A DNA stretch of 30,705 nucleotides from a virus (lineage: Duplodnaviria > Caudoviricetes). Below, one piece after another: positions 17,444-26,413 of the stretch; position 1 is the first letter of the stretch; each line of letters opens with the position of its first letter. The position numbers were made by a program, and so were the translations under genes. The stretch lies in IMG/VR virus record IMGVR_UViG_3300037246_000955, positions 1 to 30,705 of that record; one strand, written 5' to 3'. The notes under the pieces were generated by a model that was given only the letters and a program-made list of their open reading frames with translations, made no database searches and had not been told where the DNA came from.

Positions 17444-19295
17444 CGGCGTGCTCTGGAATAGAACTGGCCGCACCGAGAAGCTCAACAGCCCCCATCAGAT
17501 CGTGGTCAATCGCACTCATCATTCGCATCGTGCAATAGCCATCGAACTTCTGCCGTTCGTCGTCACTCAATCGAATGATTTGCTGGCGCATGATCTCGAC
17601 ATCGGCCTCAGACAATTCGTTGGTCATTTGACCACGGCACCATTGCGCTACCAGCTCCATCATGTCGAACGTATCCATAGCCTGCACCCTGCTTGGCGGC
17701 ACTACTGGTTGCGGTGCTGGCGCTCCGGGGGCTGGCGTACCGGGAGCTGGCGTACCGGGCGGAGCCAGATTAGCGATTATCGGCGGAATCTCTGGCTCTT
17801 CATTCGGGTCTTTCTCTTCGAACTCATTCGGCTTCAGACTCATGCCGGTGATTTCGTTGACCGCTTCGATACGGCCTTCCTTACTCAAATCTTCCTTCAC
17901 GAAGCCGAGCGCTTCAAGCTGGTTATTGATGTCCTGCACAGTCAACGGCAACGACCGGTAAACGTACACGCCTTCCGGGTCAAGCTCGCGCATGATCGTA
18001 TTATTGATGATCTCATCGAACTCATCCCGTTCAGGCCGGAATACTTGCGCCTCAGTTACCGTGTAGCTGGCAAACGCCGTAGCAAAACTGTAGTCATCAG
18101 CCTTGCCCACGAATATCGGAGGAAGACGGAATGAAGACCGAACCCGCATCTCGCAACGCTCGTCGTATTTCTCGAACATCGAATCGCTCATACGCTCAGA
18201 GCCGAATCGTTCAACCGTCACACGGACATTACCCGGCGAATCAATTGAACCACCTGTCGCCGCTACTTCGACAATGCCTGCACGATGAAAGCTCGATCCT
18301 CGGCCAGACATATATTGCTGCAATTGCTTGCGCACTTCGGTTGTCAGCTCACCACCCTGAATCAGAACCAGTGCAGGTGGCAGACCGCCGCTATTGAAAA
18401 AGTCAAGGTTCAGCTCTTCCGCTTTACGGCTACCCAGCACTGACGGAATCTGATTGATCCAGCGGGGCACGCCATAAGCCGAGTTCACGTCCTCGTAAAT
18501 CTTAAACTCCAGAATCTCGGTGGCCCGTTTCTCTGCTGGCAACGTACCTTCAGCCCACTCACCACTATCCCGATCCAATTCGCGACTGCCCGCATACTCT
18601 TTGAAGTACACCATCTTAGTGCCTTGCTTCTGCACATAACGGCGCTCACGGACGTTCATCAGGATTTTCATATCCTCGCCATCGCGCTTCAATGTCTGCT
18701 CAACCTGTACCGCTTCATCTAGCTTGACAAGGCGTATCTGATTTGCAGGAATGCGTTTCAGAAACATCAACGTGCCATCCAGCGCACGCAGCACTTCCAT
18801 GTAGGCATACCCGTAAATCTCAAGATCGCGTCGGGTCTCTCGCCGCAGTGTCATAAACGAAGTGCGTGGAAACGGCTCTTTGAACCACTGCTCAATACGC
18901 TCCTTCTCAGGGTCTTCCGAAAGCGGATCGTCTTCCTCGTCTGGCGCAGCCTTTTCGATTACTGAACCGGTGCCATCGATATTAACTTCCATCGCAGCAA
19001 CCATTTGGCCCAGCGAATTGTTTTTCTGCGACAGCGACGATAGCTGTTTCGGGTCATACGGGGGACGCAGCAATTGCGCGTTCGGATCATTGGCTTTCTT
19101 CGGGTTAAAAAAGAACGCCTCAAACGCATCGTCCTTTTCGATGTCGCTGCCGGACAGCACCTGCTTATCCTGCTTGCTGACTTTGCCACTACGGACAATC
19201 GTCATGTGCGAGCCGCCCTGAACGCCTAGCACAGTATCTAGCGGTACAACATTCGTACCCGGCTCATCGCCACCACTTGAGAACTTGACTGCCAT
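17427..19295 (-). CDS. Portal protein, PBSX family
   Basis: LLRPPYDPKQL...DLEIYGYAYMEVLR...YGVPRW...NLDFFNSGGLP...FRLPPIFVG...YSFATA...QVFRPER. Confidence 0.92.
   Translation of the reverse strand: MAVKFSSGGDEPGTNVVPLDTVLGVQGGSHMTIVRSGKVSKQDKQVLSGSDIEKDDAFEAFFFNPKKANDPNAQLLRPPYDPKQLSSLSQKNNSLGQMVAAMEVNIDGTGSVIEKAAPDEEDDPLSEDPEKERIEQWFKEPFPRTSFMTLRRETRRDLEIYGYAYMEVLRALDGTLMFLKRIPANQIRLVKLDEAVQVEQTLKRDGEDMKILMNVRERRYVQKQGTKMVYFKEYAGSRELDRDSGEWAEGTLPAEKRATEILEFKIYEDVNSAYGVPRWINQIPSVLGSRKAEELNLDFFNSGGLPPALVLIQGGELTTEVRKQLQQYMSGRGSSFHRAGIVEVAATGGSIDSPGNVRVTVERFGSERMSDSMFEKYDERCEMRVRSSFRLPPIFVGKADDYSFATAFASYTVTEAQVFRPERDEFDEIINNTIMRELDPEGVYVYRSLPLTVQDINNQLEALGFVKEDLSKEGRIEAVNEITGMSLKPNEFEEKDPNEEPEIPPIIANLAPPGTPAPGTPAPGAPAPQPVVPPSRVQAMDTFDMMELVAQWCRGQMTNELSEADVEIMRQQIIRLSDDERQKFDGYCTMRMMSAIDHDLMGAVELLGAASSIPEHADDRQH
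17716..17760. repeat. 3 x 15-bp tandem repeat encoding PG(T/A)PA in the portal C-terminal linker
   Basis: gctggcgctccgggg / gctggcgtaccggga / gctggcgtaccgggc. Confidence 0.85.
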
Positions 19296-19302
19296 GCGAT
19301 CT

Positions 19303-19318
19303 GTCCAATTGATTGGAT
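19303..19318. promoter_or_regulatory. Palindrome copy 3, GTCCAATTGATTGGAT
   Basis: 15/16 match, 7 bp upstream of the portal ATG (19295). Confidence 0.7.
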
Positions 19319-19356
19319 GCTCGCATCATACAGCTTCTATTCGGAAAACGGGCGCT

Positions 19357-19887
19357 TTATATCTTTTTCTCATCGTTTTGCAACGATTCTGCGATCTTTT
19401 GGGTCACTTGCAGATTTTCTACAATCTTGCCGACTGTCGAATTCAGTGCCTCAACCTTATTCCACAGCGTACCAAAGTCAGTATTCAACTTATCAAACGG
19501 CGATTGCTCAATAGACCCTACTGGTATCTCCATCATCTGCGGCAACGAATTCATATCCATAAAATGATCGACCGTCTTCTGAAGCGAATCAAGATGCTTG
19601 TGCAGTGCATCCACATGAGCCTGCCCGGTCTGAACTCCCTTTGGACGAATACCGGCATTCCACATTTCCTGCATCAGCGTATCAGCCTGATCGTAATCAA
19701 GCGCCAACGTCGGCACATCAGGACTCATAATCGCACCCGGCTCGATACAGCTTTCCTCGACAGTCGTAAATGCCCGGTGATATGACTCCCCATTCGTGCC
19801 CTCGCCCATCCAGTACAGATCGACTTTCTGCGTCATGATGTTGCGATTCGCGTACCAACGCCAAACTTTGTTGTGCTGAAACTTCAT
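19357..19887 (-). CDS. Hypothetical protein with C-terminal coiled coil
   Basis: 176 aa ORF; LMQEMWNAGIRP motif followed by a heptad-rich segment. Confidence 0.75.
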   Translation of the reverse strand: MKFQHNKVWRWYANRNIMTQKVDLYWMGEGTNGESYHRAFTTVEESCIEPGAIMSPDVPTLALDYDQADTLMQEMWNAGIRPKGVQTGQAHVDALHKHLDSLQKTVDHFMDMNSLPQMMEIPVGSIEQSPFDKLNTDFGTLWNKVEALNSTVGKIVENLQVTQKIAESLQNDEKKI

Positions 19888-19926
19888 GTCAATTCGCCCA
19901 AATTAGGGGATGGTAAGGGTAGGGGG

Positions 19927-20217
19927 TCATCGTCTTAACGCGGGAGACGGACACTGAGCGCCCCGGTTTAAGCGTAACCCTGTGTATTCAGACGGATTCT
20001 TTTGATATCGCTCACAAGCCTCCTTGAACGCTTCGAAGTGAACGGGTATCTCTTTCACCGAATCCACCAGTATGCTGGCGCAGAACCACGGCCAATCGTG
20101 TCTCGAATAGAACGTCACTTTTCTTTTACCGTCCAAACGCCTTTGCATGTTCCTGCCGACGAAATACATCGACTGCTGCTTCTTGGGTTTTTTGCGCTTC
20201 CCGCGTTTTCTAGCCAT
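19927..20217 (-). CDS. Basic hypothetical protein
   Basis: 96 aa, start overlaps the upstream stop, K/R-rich N-terminus. Confidence 0.6.
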   Translation of the reverse strand: MARKRGKRKKPKKQQSMYFVGRNMQRRLDGKRKVTFYSRHDWPWFCASILVDSVKEIPVHFEAFKEACERYQKNPSEYTGLRLNRGAQCPSPALRR

Positions 20218-20521
20218 CGGGATTTAAGACATCATACGCTTTTCTCAGATCATGCAAAGTAATTGACTCAAACGGGCTGGCAGCAACATGCGCTTTGGCG
20301 AATGGGTACAGTACGACCTTCACCACTCGTACCTCATCGATCAATTTGGCCATCTTTGTAATTGCTACTTCTGCCTGATCCTCGATAGCAGTATTCAGAC
20401 GATCTACTTCGAACTCCAGCCCCTGCACTTCAGCAGACATGATTGCCAGTTCCCCGGCTATCTCGTCATCTGTCTTGTAAAATTTGTCACTCAGCTTTCT
20501 CAAACGTTCTGCCGTCTTCAT
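20210..20521 (-). CDS. Hypothetical coiled-coil protein
   Basis: 103 aa, ATGA overlap with upstream gene. Confidence 0.7.
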   Translation of the reverse strand: MKTAERLRKLSDKFYKTDDEIAGELAIMSAEVQGLEFEVDRLNTAIEDQAEVAITKMAKLIDEVRVVKVVLYPFAKAHVAASPFESITLHDLRKAYDVLNPDG

Positions 20522-20706
20522 TCAAGCATCCCCTTTTCTATGGCGAAACTATCGCTCAGCTCAATTTTAGCACTGCACCCAATCTCTATATCGTCTTCCT
20601 GATCGAGTATCGCCCCAAGTGGTATCCAGATACGCTCGGCCTCGTAGTCCACCAAAACGGCTTTCTCAGTACGATGTACCACGTCAACGTCAAACCAATG
20701 TGTCAC
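20518..20706 (-). CDS. Small conserved-type phage hypothetical protein
   Basis: 62 aa with TEKAVLV...WIP pattern common in small phage beta proteins; packed between neighbours. Confidence 0.7.
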   Translation of the reverse strand: MTHWFDVDVVHRTEKAVLVDYEAERIWIPLGAILDQEDDIEIGCSAKIELSDSFAIEKGMLE

Positions 20707-20710
20707 GGTG

Positions 20711-23050
20711 TCATCCTATTGTCGGTACTGGAATCTCAACTGTTTCACCCAAGTTATTCAATCCCAGCTGCACGTCAACCGGGAAATCCAGTTGCGGCTT
20801 CCATCCAAATGTCCCCAGCGGCAAGTTCTCCATTACCGCCTTAATTCGTTTTGCCCACTCCATGTATTCGTCTTCCGGCACATAGAAACTGAGACTGTCG
20901 TGCGTGAAACCGAACAGCCACAGATCAGGGAATAGCTTATCGAGTTCGGCCATCGCCAGCAGACCCATATCGGTCAACGTGGCCTGTACTCCGGTGTTAA
21001 TTGCTTGCCTCTCCTGCTTGGCTCGAATGTCCTGCATCCACGTTGTGATCAACGGCAAATGTCGGATTCTTCCCAGCGGTGACTCGATGTACTTATGCTC
21101 CCTCGCGAATTCCCTTACCTCGTCGTGCCACGGATGCAGTCGATCATACAGATTGAAAAACGCATCAATAAATTTGTACGCTTCTTGCAGCGTTATCTCC
21201 ACTCCATAGCTCTTCCAAGCATAATCGACAAAGCCCTCGGCTCCCATCGTATAGATCAGTCCGAAGTTGCCAGCTTTGCCCCCTTGCCGTATCGCTGCAA
21301 TCAGTGGATCGTTATTTGCCCACATCTCCAGCGCTTCATCGTATTCATAACCGTTCAATTGTGCCCCGGTCTTCAGATGCAAATCGACACCATCCTTATA
21401 CGACTGGATCATCGTCGGCTCTTCCGCGATACAAGCTGTAATCCGCAGCTCTCCCTGCTGAAAATCTAAGTCCAGAATCACATAGCCTTCAGGCGGCACA
21501 TAGACGCTTCTCAGCGGCTTTGCCCAATCTGTACGCTTCGGTAGCGTCTGGTACGCAGGTTCCTTACAGGACGTCCTGCCCGTTCTCCCGCCACTATCAT
21601 CGTCCTTCGCATCATCCCCATGAAATTTCCCGCGAAACAGAATATAGCTCGGATGAAACCGGCCATCGGCTCGCAGGTGGGTCATGAACCCATCGATGTA
21701 CGTGCTCTTCGTTTTGCTCGCTTTGTTGAACTCCAGCAAGCATTCAATAAATGGTCCCGCCACATCGTGCTGACTGAACAACTGGAAGTGATCCGCGCTG
21801 GTGCTCGGTACTTTCGTCTTTGCAGTCATCATCTTCGGCTTGAGATTCAATCCCTGTTTCGTGAACAGGAAATCCGACACAATCTTTGGGCGGCTCGGAC
21901 GCAAATCACGATAGTGCTTATGCCTGAGTCGATACGGCAGCATGTCGATCATGCGCTCCTGATTCGTCTCAAGCACTTGGGTCACTTCCTCGTCCAATTG
22001 CTTGTACTTATCCATATCCACGACCATGCCCCGAAATTCCATTTTCCTCACAGCGTGCTGTGCCGGGTGCAGCAGTTTCGTATAGAACCGCGCCAACCTC
22101 TTTTGCTTCAACAAATCAGATCGCATTCTCACCGCAACCCGATAACAGGCATCGGTATCGCCCCCGGCATACTGGATCACGTCCGTCCTTGGCACCAAAT
22201 CCATGCGGCTCTTATCGTACTTTCGATTGAACTCGTCGTCATACCCGCCAATCGTCGTGTAAATCTTCGCGTGCAGATTCAGACTATTGCTACGGTTCTC
22301 CTGCAACAGCGAACCGACTAGCGTCGTGTCCAGCTTGAACCCACTGAAATCTTGAATGTGCCATTTCCATTCCAGCCACAGGGCATCGAATTTGAAGTTC
22401 GATCCGTACACCTTGACCCACCCGTCCATGCCCCGACAGATCGCAGCCAAAATATCCCAATCCAAACTCTCTAGCTCGTCACCCATTTCGAAATACATAA
22501 CGAACGATGACCCCTGCGCTACCGTAATGCTCAGCGCCACAATGTGCGCGTCAGGGTTCACGTAATCGAAACCAACTGTTTCCAGATCGACTCCCACTGG
22601 AATCGCTTGCTTGCCGCCCTTCTCATACAGTTCGGTAATCAGCGCAAGCACCGGCACAAGGCTTTGGACTTCGCTGTACGCGCCAGTCTCGGGCATCAAT
22701 AGTCCGGTATCCATTAGCCGCTTGGCCAGCTTAATGTCCCATAGAATCTCTGGGCGTCGCCCCCAATCAATGAATGCGAGTCCCGCATCCCACGTAACCA
22801 GATAGTTGCCAATGCCATGCCCGAGCAACTGACCGCGCATACTGGTGATCGCTCGGTTCTTTGGCGTATGGCCCAGCACCCCAAGCTCTTTCAGATTGTC
22901 TTTGCCGAAGGTCAGACACACATCGCCAGAATGAATCGCCCCCGGAAATTGCTGCAAACACTGATACTGGCAATCCAGCTTCATCAGCTGGGGCCTCACA
23001 AAGTCTTTGAACGATTTGGTGTCGTAATCAGCCCACGCTATTAGCGCCAT
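20711..23050 (-). CDS. polA: Family A DNA polymerase with 3'-5' exonuclease and degenerate N-terminal UDG-like segment
   Basis: ExoI VDLET, ExoII NFKFD, ExoIII YAGGD; motif A LDFQQGELR, motif B RQGGKAGNFGLIY, motif C THDS; SPLGRIR, ERQAINTGVQ. Confidence 0.96.
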   Translation of the reverse strand: MALIAWADYDTKSFKDFVRPQLMKLDCQYQCLQQFPGAIHSGDVCLTFGKDNLKELGVLGHTPKNRAITSMRGQLLGHGIGNYLVTWDAGLAFIDWGRRPEILWDIKLAKRLMDTGLLMPETGAYSEVQSLVPVLALITELYEKGGKQAIPVGVDLETVGFDYVNPDAHIVALSITVAQGSSFVMYFEMGDELESLDWDILAAICRGMDGWVKVYGSNFKFDALWLEWKWHIQDFSGFKLDTTLVGSLLQENRSNSLNLHAKIYTTIGGYDDEFNRKYDKSRMDLVPRTDVIQYAGGDTDACYRVAVRMRSDLLKQKRLARFYTKLLHPAQHAVRKMEFRGMVVDMDKYKQLDEEVTQVLETNQERMIDMLPYRLRHKHYRDLRPSRPKIVSDFLFTKQGLNLKPKMMTAKTKVPSTSADHFQLFSQHDVAGPFIECLLEFNKASKTKSTYIDGFMTHLRADGRFHPSYILFRGKFHGDDAKDDDSGGRTGRTSCKEPAYQTLPKRTDWAKPLRSVYVPPEGYVILDLDFQQGELRITACIAEEPTMIQSYKDGVDLHLKTGAQLNGYEYDEALEMWANNDPLIAAIRQGGKAGNFGLIYTMGAEGFVDYAWKSYGVEITLQEAYKFIDAFFNLYDRLHPWHDEVREFAREHKYIESPLGRIRHLPLITTWMQDIRAKQERQAINTGVQATLTDMGLLAMAELDKLFPDLWLFGFTHDSLSFYVPEDEYMEWAKRIKAVMENLPLGTFGWKPQLDFPVDVQLGLNNLGETVEIPVPTIG

Positions 23051-23456
23051 TCAGTTTTCTCCATTTCCCCTCGGCCTCGCAAGCCCATGTTCTTTTTCTT
23101 CCCGGCTCGCATCTCTTCAATGCTTCTCTGAACGACCGGACTCCACTGAAAACAGTCTGCATCTTAAAATCCACTTCCTTCGCATCAACCACCGTGCAGA
23201 ATGACGTCGAACTCAGGCCATTGAAGCACAACAGCACATACAAATCGTACCGAATATGGACGCACACCGCACTCTGATTCATCTTGCTTCGGTGCATCGA
23301 AGACACAATCCGCATCGGGCAGACCAACCGCATAGTTGGAACCATCGGAATCGCCAATCGTCCACTACCGCTTAATCGCTTCGCCCCCACTTCAAGGTGC
23401 ATCCCCAGCGCATCCGCTATCCAGTAATAATGCTCTTGCGGGATATACGTTTTCAT
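23028..23456 (-). CDS. Hypothetical protein
   Basis: Track ORF 23028..23471; ATG 23456 gives an ATGA overlap and has GGAGG upstream. Confidence 0.65.
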   Translation of the reverse strand: MKTYIPQEHYYWIADALGMHLEVGAKRLSGSGRLAIPMVPTMRLVCPMRIVSSMHRSKMNQSAVCVHIRYDLYVLLCFNGLSSTSFCTVVDAKEVDFKMQTVFSGVRSFREALKRCEPGRKRTWACEAEGKWRKLNGANSVG

Positions 23457-23725
23457 TTCAGCGACCTCCAATTGACTTTGCCATCTGACTGGCCAGCCGC
23501 TTCAATCTCCCCGACCTGAATACCGAAATACGTCAGATCGAATCTCACCAGACTAAACTCTTCGGTTCTACCCGGCTCATTCTTACTCGGGGAAATCACT
23601 CGTTTTCCATTATGCACCGCTGTATTGACGGTCCACACAATCTCTTCATCGTCCAACCCCGGCATCAGGCAACCAGTCGTAACCTGATCACCTATCGAAA
23701 ATTCTTTGAGTAGCTCTGCCTCCAT
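23453..23725 (-). CDS. Hypothetical protein
   Basis: 90 aa, RBS TAGGAG; FDLTYFGI motif. Confidence 0.7.
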   Translation of the reverse strand: MEAELLKEFSIGDQVTTGCLMPGLDDEEIVWTVNTAVHNGKRVISPSKNEPGRTEEFSLVRFDLTYFGIQVGEIEAAGQSDGKVNWRSLK

Positions 23726-23735
23726 GACCGCGCTC

Positions 23736-24635
23736 CTATGTCCCTACCTGCCCAATCACGTCGATATTTGGCATCGGCGTCACAAACTTGAATCCAGTTC
23801 CAGACAGGACTGCACCAATGCAGCGTCTAGCCGTTAGCTCGTCAATCCCGTTAAAGTGAACCGACGTATAACCATTCTCGATATACGACTCATTGAATCC
23901 CGCCGCAATCAAGGCAGTCGAATGAACCGCTACCGGCCCCTCAACCCGAATGCTTAAATTATTACCAGTCCAGCGAGCACCAAACTTCAACTTATGCCCG
24001 TCAACCAGCCCTATGCAGTGATACACGCTCGATTCGCTCGTGCCATTCACCGGCTGATACATCGTATTGGCGTTGGCCAGCTTCACCTTGTGCATTTTCA
24101 GCGCCTGTTCAACTGAGAACTCCGTCAACGGCGGGGGCGCTTCTTCAATCGGCTCCCCATGAACTTTCTTGTCAAATGCTGTCCCCTCCATCGCCTCTTC
24201 TGCTGCGATATCGTCAGGCTCGTCTATCATTGATGACGCAAACGACTCTTCAAAATCATCAGCTTTATTCGGCTCAGCTATCGAACCAGCTTCCGCTTTC
24301 AAGCTCTCGTTCATCGCATTCGTATCGGCATCGGACCACTTCGGGGTTTTGCCCAACTGCGTCAAACAGATTGACAGAGCGCCCTTCAACTGTGGGCCAA
24401 TAGAACTCAGAATTGCTGCTGGCAGCATGCCCTCTTGGGCCATCTTGAGCGTACCGGATTTGATCGGCATATCTTTCACAATAGGATGACCGGCATCGCC
24501 AAATGCCAGCTTGCTGCCCGAATTATTCGTGTGAGCGTAGATGCCAAGATCGTCCATCTCATTGACCTGAGTGGGCGTCAGCCCGAGTGCGAACCACTCG
24601 TTAATCTGCGCTACTGTAATTTTATGCTGAATCAC
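23736..24635 (-). CDS. Hypothetical protein (299 aa, acidic central linker), likely early gene
   Basis: GTG start with GGAGG RBS, directly behind the promoter cassette; C-terminal domain MYQPVNGTS...RVEG...YTSVH. Confidence 0.8.
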   Translation of the reverse strand: MIQHKITVAQINEWFALGLTPTQVNEMDDLGIYAHTNNSGSKLAFGDAGHPIVKDMPIKSGTLKMAQEGMLPAAILSSIGPQLKGALSICLTQLGKTPKWSDADTNAMNESLKAEAGSIAEPNKADDFEESFASSMIDEPDDIAAEEAMEGTAFDKKVHGEPIEEAPPPLTEFSVEQALKMHKVKLANANTMYQPVNGTSESSVYHCIGLVDGHKLKFGARWTGNNLSIRVEGPVAVHSTALIAAGFNESYIENGYTSVHFNGIDELTARRCIGAVLSGTGFKFVTPMPNIDVIGQVGT

Positions 24636-24638
24636 TTT

Positions 24639-24696
24639 TTGCCTCCATGACTATCATTCTACTCTGCCAGAATGACGCCCGTTTGTCAAATTTATT
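24639..24696 (-). promoter_or_regulatory. Sigma70-type promoter plus RBS cassette, copy A
   Basis: Minus strand AATAAATTTGACAAACG-N11-GGCAGAGT-N5-GATAGTCATGGAGGCAA: TTGACA (24684-24689), 17 bp, CAGAGT (24661-24666). Confidence 0.75.
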
Positions 24697-25369
24697 CAAC
24701 TTTCAGCGCACCGAACAAACAGTGCTCGGTCTTCACTGGATTCACTGTCGTGACGTTCGGCGCGGCCTGTGCTTTGCTCGTTCCCTTACCCTTGTGGCTG
24801 TGCGCCTTCGAACCCTTGACCTCTTTGCAGTGGTAGTGCTTCATCAGGAAATCTACCTGCGATTTCGACTCCACTGCCTTCTTGCAATAATTCTTTCGGA
24901 CATAGCTGATCTGATCTTCTTCATCAGTCAACACTGAAACCAGTGCACTGAGCACCAGCCCGGTTCTGCCGTGGCCACCAATGCAACCAATGTGCACTTT
25001 CTTCCCGGCTCGAATCTCGTCAGCCAGCCAATCGACCAACTCTCTGAACTCGTCAGCATTTGTGGGCGGATGGTTATCTTTAATCTCGTAATGAATCGCC
25101 GCACCCGCTATCCACGGAAACCTCTGCTTGTGACTTTTCATGCCCCAATCGAGGCCCACATAAACATCGGCATCTTCATGAATCGGGCTGCTACACGATC
25201 CGCCATAAACGAATTTCGTGCCTCCCTCTGAAATCTTCAACTCCAGCGGCGGGTGACTGTGATAGCAGCGCTTAAACGAAGACTCGCCCCATTTCGACTT
25301 GGATTTCGTATCTTTCCAGTCGATCACGTTGCTATCTTTTGACCACCCTTCTGCTTTCCCTGTTGTCAT
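24692..25369 (-). CDS. CX5R protein-tyrosine/dual-specificity family phosphatase 1
   Basis: P-loop HIGCIGGHGRTG (Cys129), acid loop IKDNHPP, Q-loop AVESKSQ. Confidence 0.9.
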   Translation of the reverse strand: MTTGKAEGWSKDSNVIDWKDTKSKSKWGESSFKRCYHSHPPLELKISEGGTKFVYGGSCSSPIHEDADVYVGLDWGMKSHKQRFPWIAGAAIHYEIKDNHPPTNADEFRELVDWLADEIRAGKKVHIGCIGGHGRTGLVLSALVSVLTDEEDQISYVRKNYCKKAVESKSQVDFLMKHYHCKEVKGSKAHSHKGKGTSKAQAAPNVTTVNPVKTEHCLFGALKVE

Positions 25370-26409
25370 CGTATCGCCTTTGATTTCTTGACCTTGACTC
25401 CCGGCATAATCTGCAAGTACATTTTCTCTTCCATCGCCTTTTTCTGGGCGGCTTGCTGCTGTGCCAGTTTCACTTTCTCCAATACGGCCTTGTTCTCGGC
25501 GATGAACACCGGATCATGACCATACTGCTGCATATTCTTAGCCTTCTGGCTGCTGTAACTCTGGACTGCCCCGAGCTTCTCGACCACATCCCACGCTACC
25601 CACGGATTGACCGTCACCCCGAGCAAATTCTCCATTTCCTCAACAAAAAGATGGTGCTCAGTCTTCGTATGCGGACAATTGCCCGACTTAATCAAATTCG
25701 GTATCTGGCCACCCCGCTGGCAATCCAGCACGGTGTACAGCGACGTCGAATCGTAATGCTTAAACTGAAAGCCCTTGTTGAAAATCGGCCCGTTATTGTG
25801 CGCCAGCGTGTAACCGATATCGAGCATCATCTCGATGCTAATCTGGCCATTCACACAATCTCTGATCGCCTCAGTAACTTTGCCCCAAGCCGGACCACCG
25901 TAGCTCGATGACCACTGCAACTCATTGAACACGTCGCACAAATAGTCCAGATACGGCCCCAACTTCAAGTCGCCAGTGTAATTGTACAGCGCGTTCTGGC
26001 TATGCTTCTTCACCGACTTCGTGAATTTCACACACTCCAGACCATGCTTCGTCTGCAAATTATCTTCTTGCGAATTCGTCAGATGCCGCGACTCTCTCGT
26101 CGTCGTAATCAACACGTAATGAAATAGCCGTGCACCGGCCACATTCAACGTTTTGTGATATTTTTCGATCAGCACCAACTTCTGACCAAGCGGCTCGTCA
26201 GGGGAAACCTGCGCCCCCATCTCGTGCATCATGTGCTGGCCTAAATAGAAGCTGAGTGCCTCTACCTCTGGATGCTCTTCTTGACAGGAATTGACATGCG
26301 CCTTCGCATACTTCCCAGCGTCCCGCAACAGCACCTGCGACAAATTTCTCGCCATTGTGCCGGGGCGTTCACTGCGATGGTATGCAAGCGTGTCGTAATC
26401 GTGGATCAT
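25366..26409 (-). CDS. Hypothetical protein (347 aa) with enzyme-like motifs
   Basis: TTRESRH, WSSSYGGPAWG, DIGYTLAHNNGPIFNKG; behind promoter cassette B and coupled by ATGA overlap to phosphatase 1. Confidence 0.85.
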   Translation of the reverse strand: MIHDYDTLAYHRSERPGTMARNLSQVLLRDAGKYAKAHVNSCQEEHPEVEALSFYLGQHMMHEMGAQVSPDEPLGQKLVLIEKYHKTLNVAGARLFHYVLITTTRESRHLTNSQEDNLQTKHGLECVKFTKSVKKHSQNALYNYTGDLKLGPYLDYLCDVFNELQWSSSYGGPAWGKVTEAIRDCVNGQISIEMMLDIGYTLAHNNGPIFNKGFQFKHYDSTSLYTVLDCQRGGQIPNLIKSGNCPHTKTEHHLFVEEMENLLGVTVNPWVAWDVVEKLGAVQSYSSQKAKNMQQYGHDPVFIAENKAVLEKVKLAQQQAAQKKAMEEKMYLQIMPGVKVKKSKAIR

Positions 26410-26413
26410 TCAA

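Noticed and set aside
4030-22321. Long plus-strand ORFs (4030..4737, 8180..9091, 15570..16163, 17100..18134, 21620..22321 and others)
   Set aside because: All are antisense to well-supported minus-strand genes, with no motifs or RBS; typical antisense shadows.
20711-23050. DpoZ / 2-aminoadenine (dZ) genome or other known base-modification pathway
   Set aside because: No purZ, datZ, mazZ, thymidylate-synthase-like, queuosine-pathway or glycosyltransferase gene is recognisable in the window; odd polymerase motifs alone are not enough.
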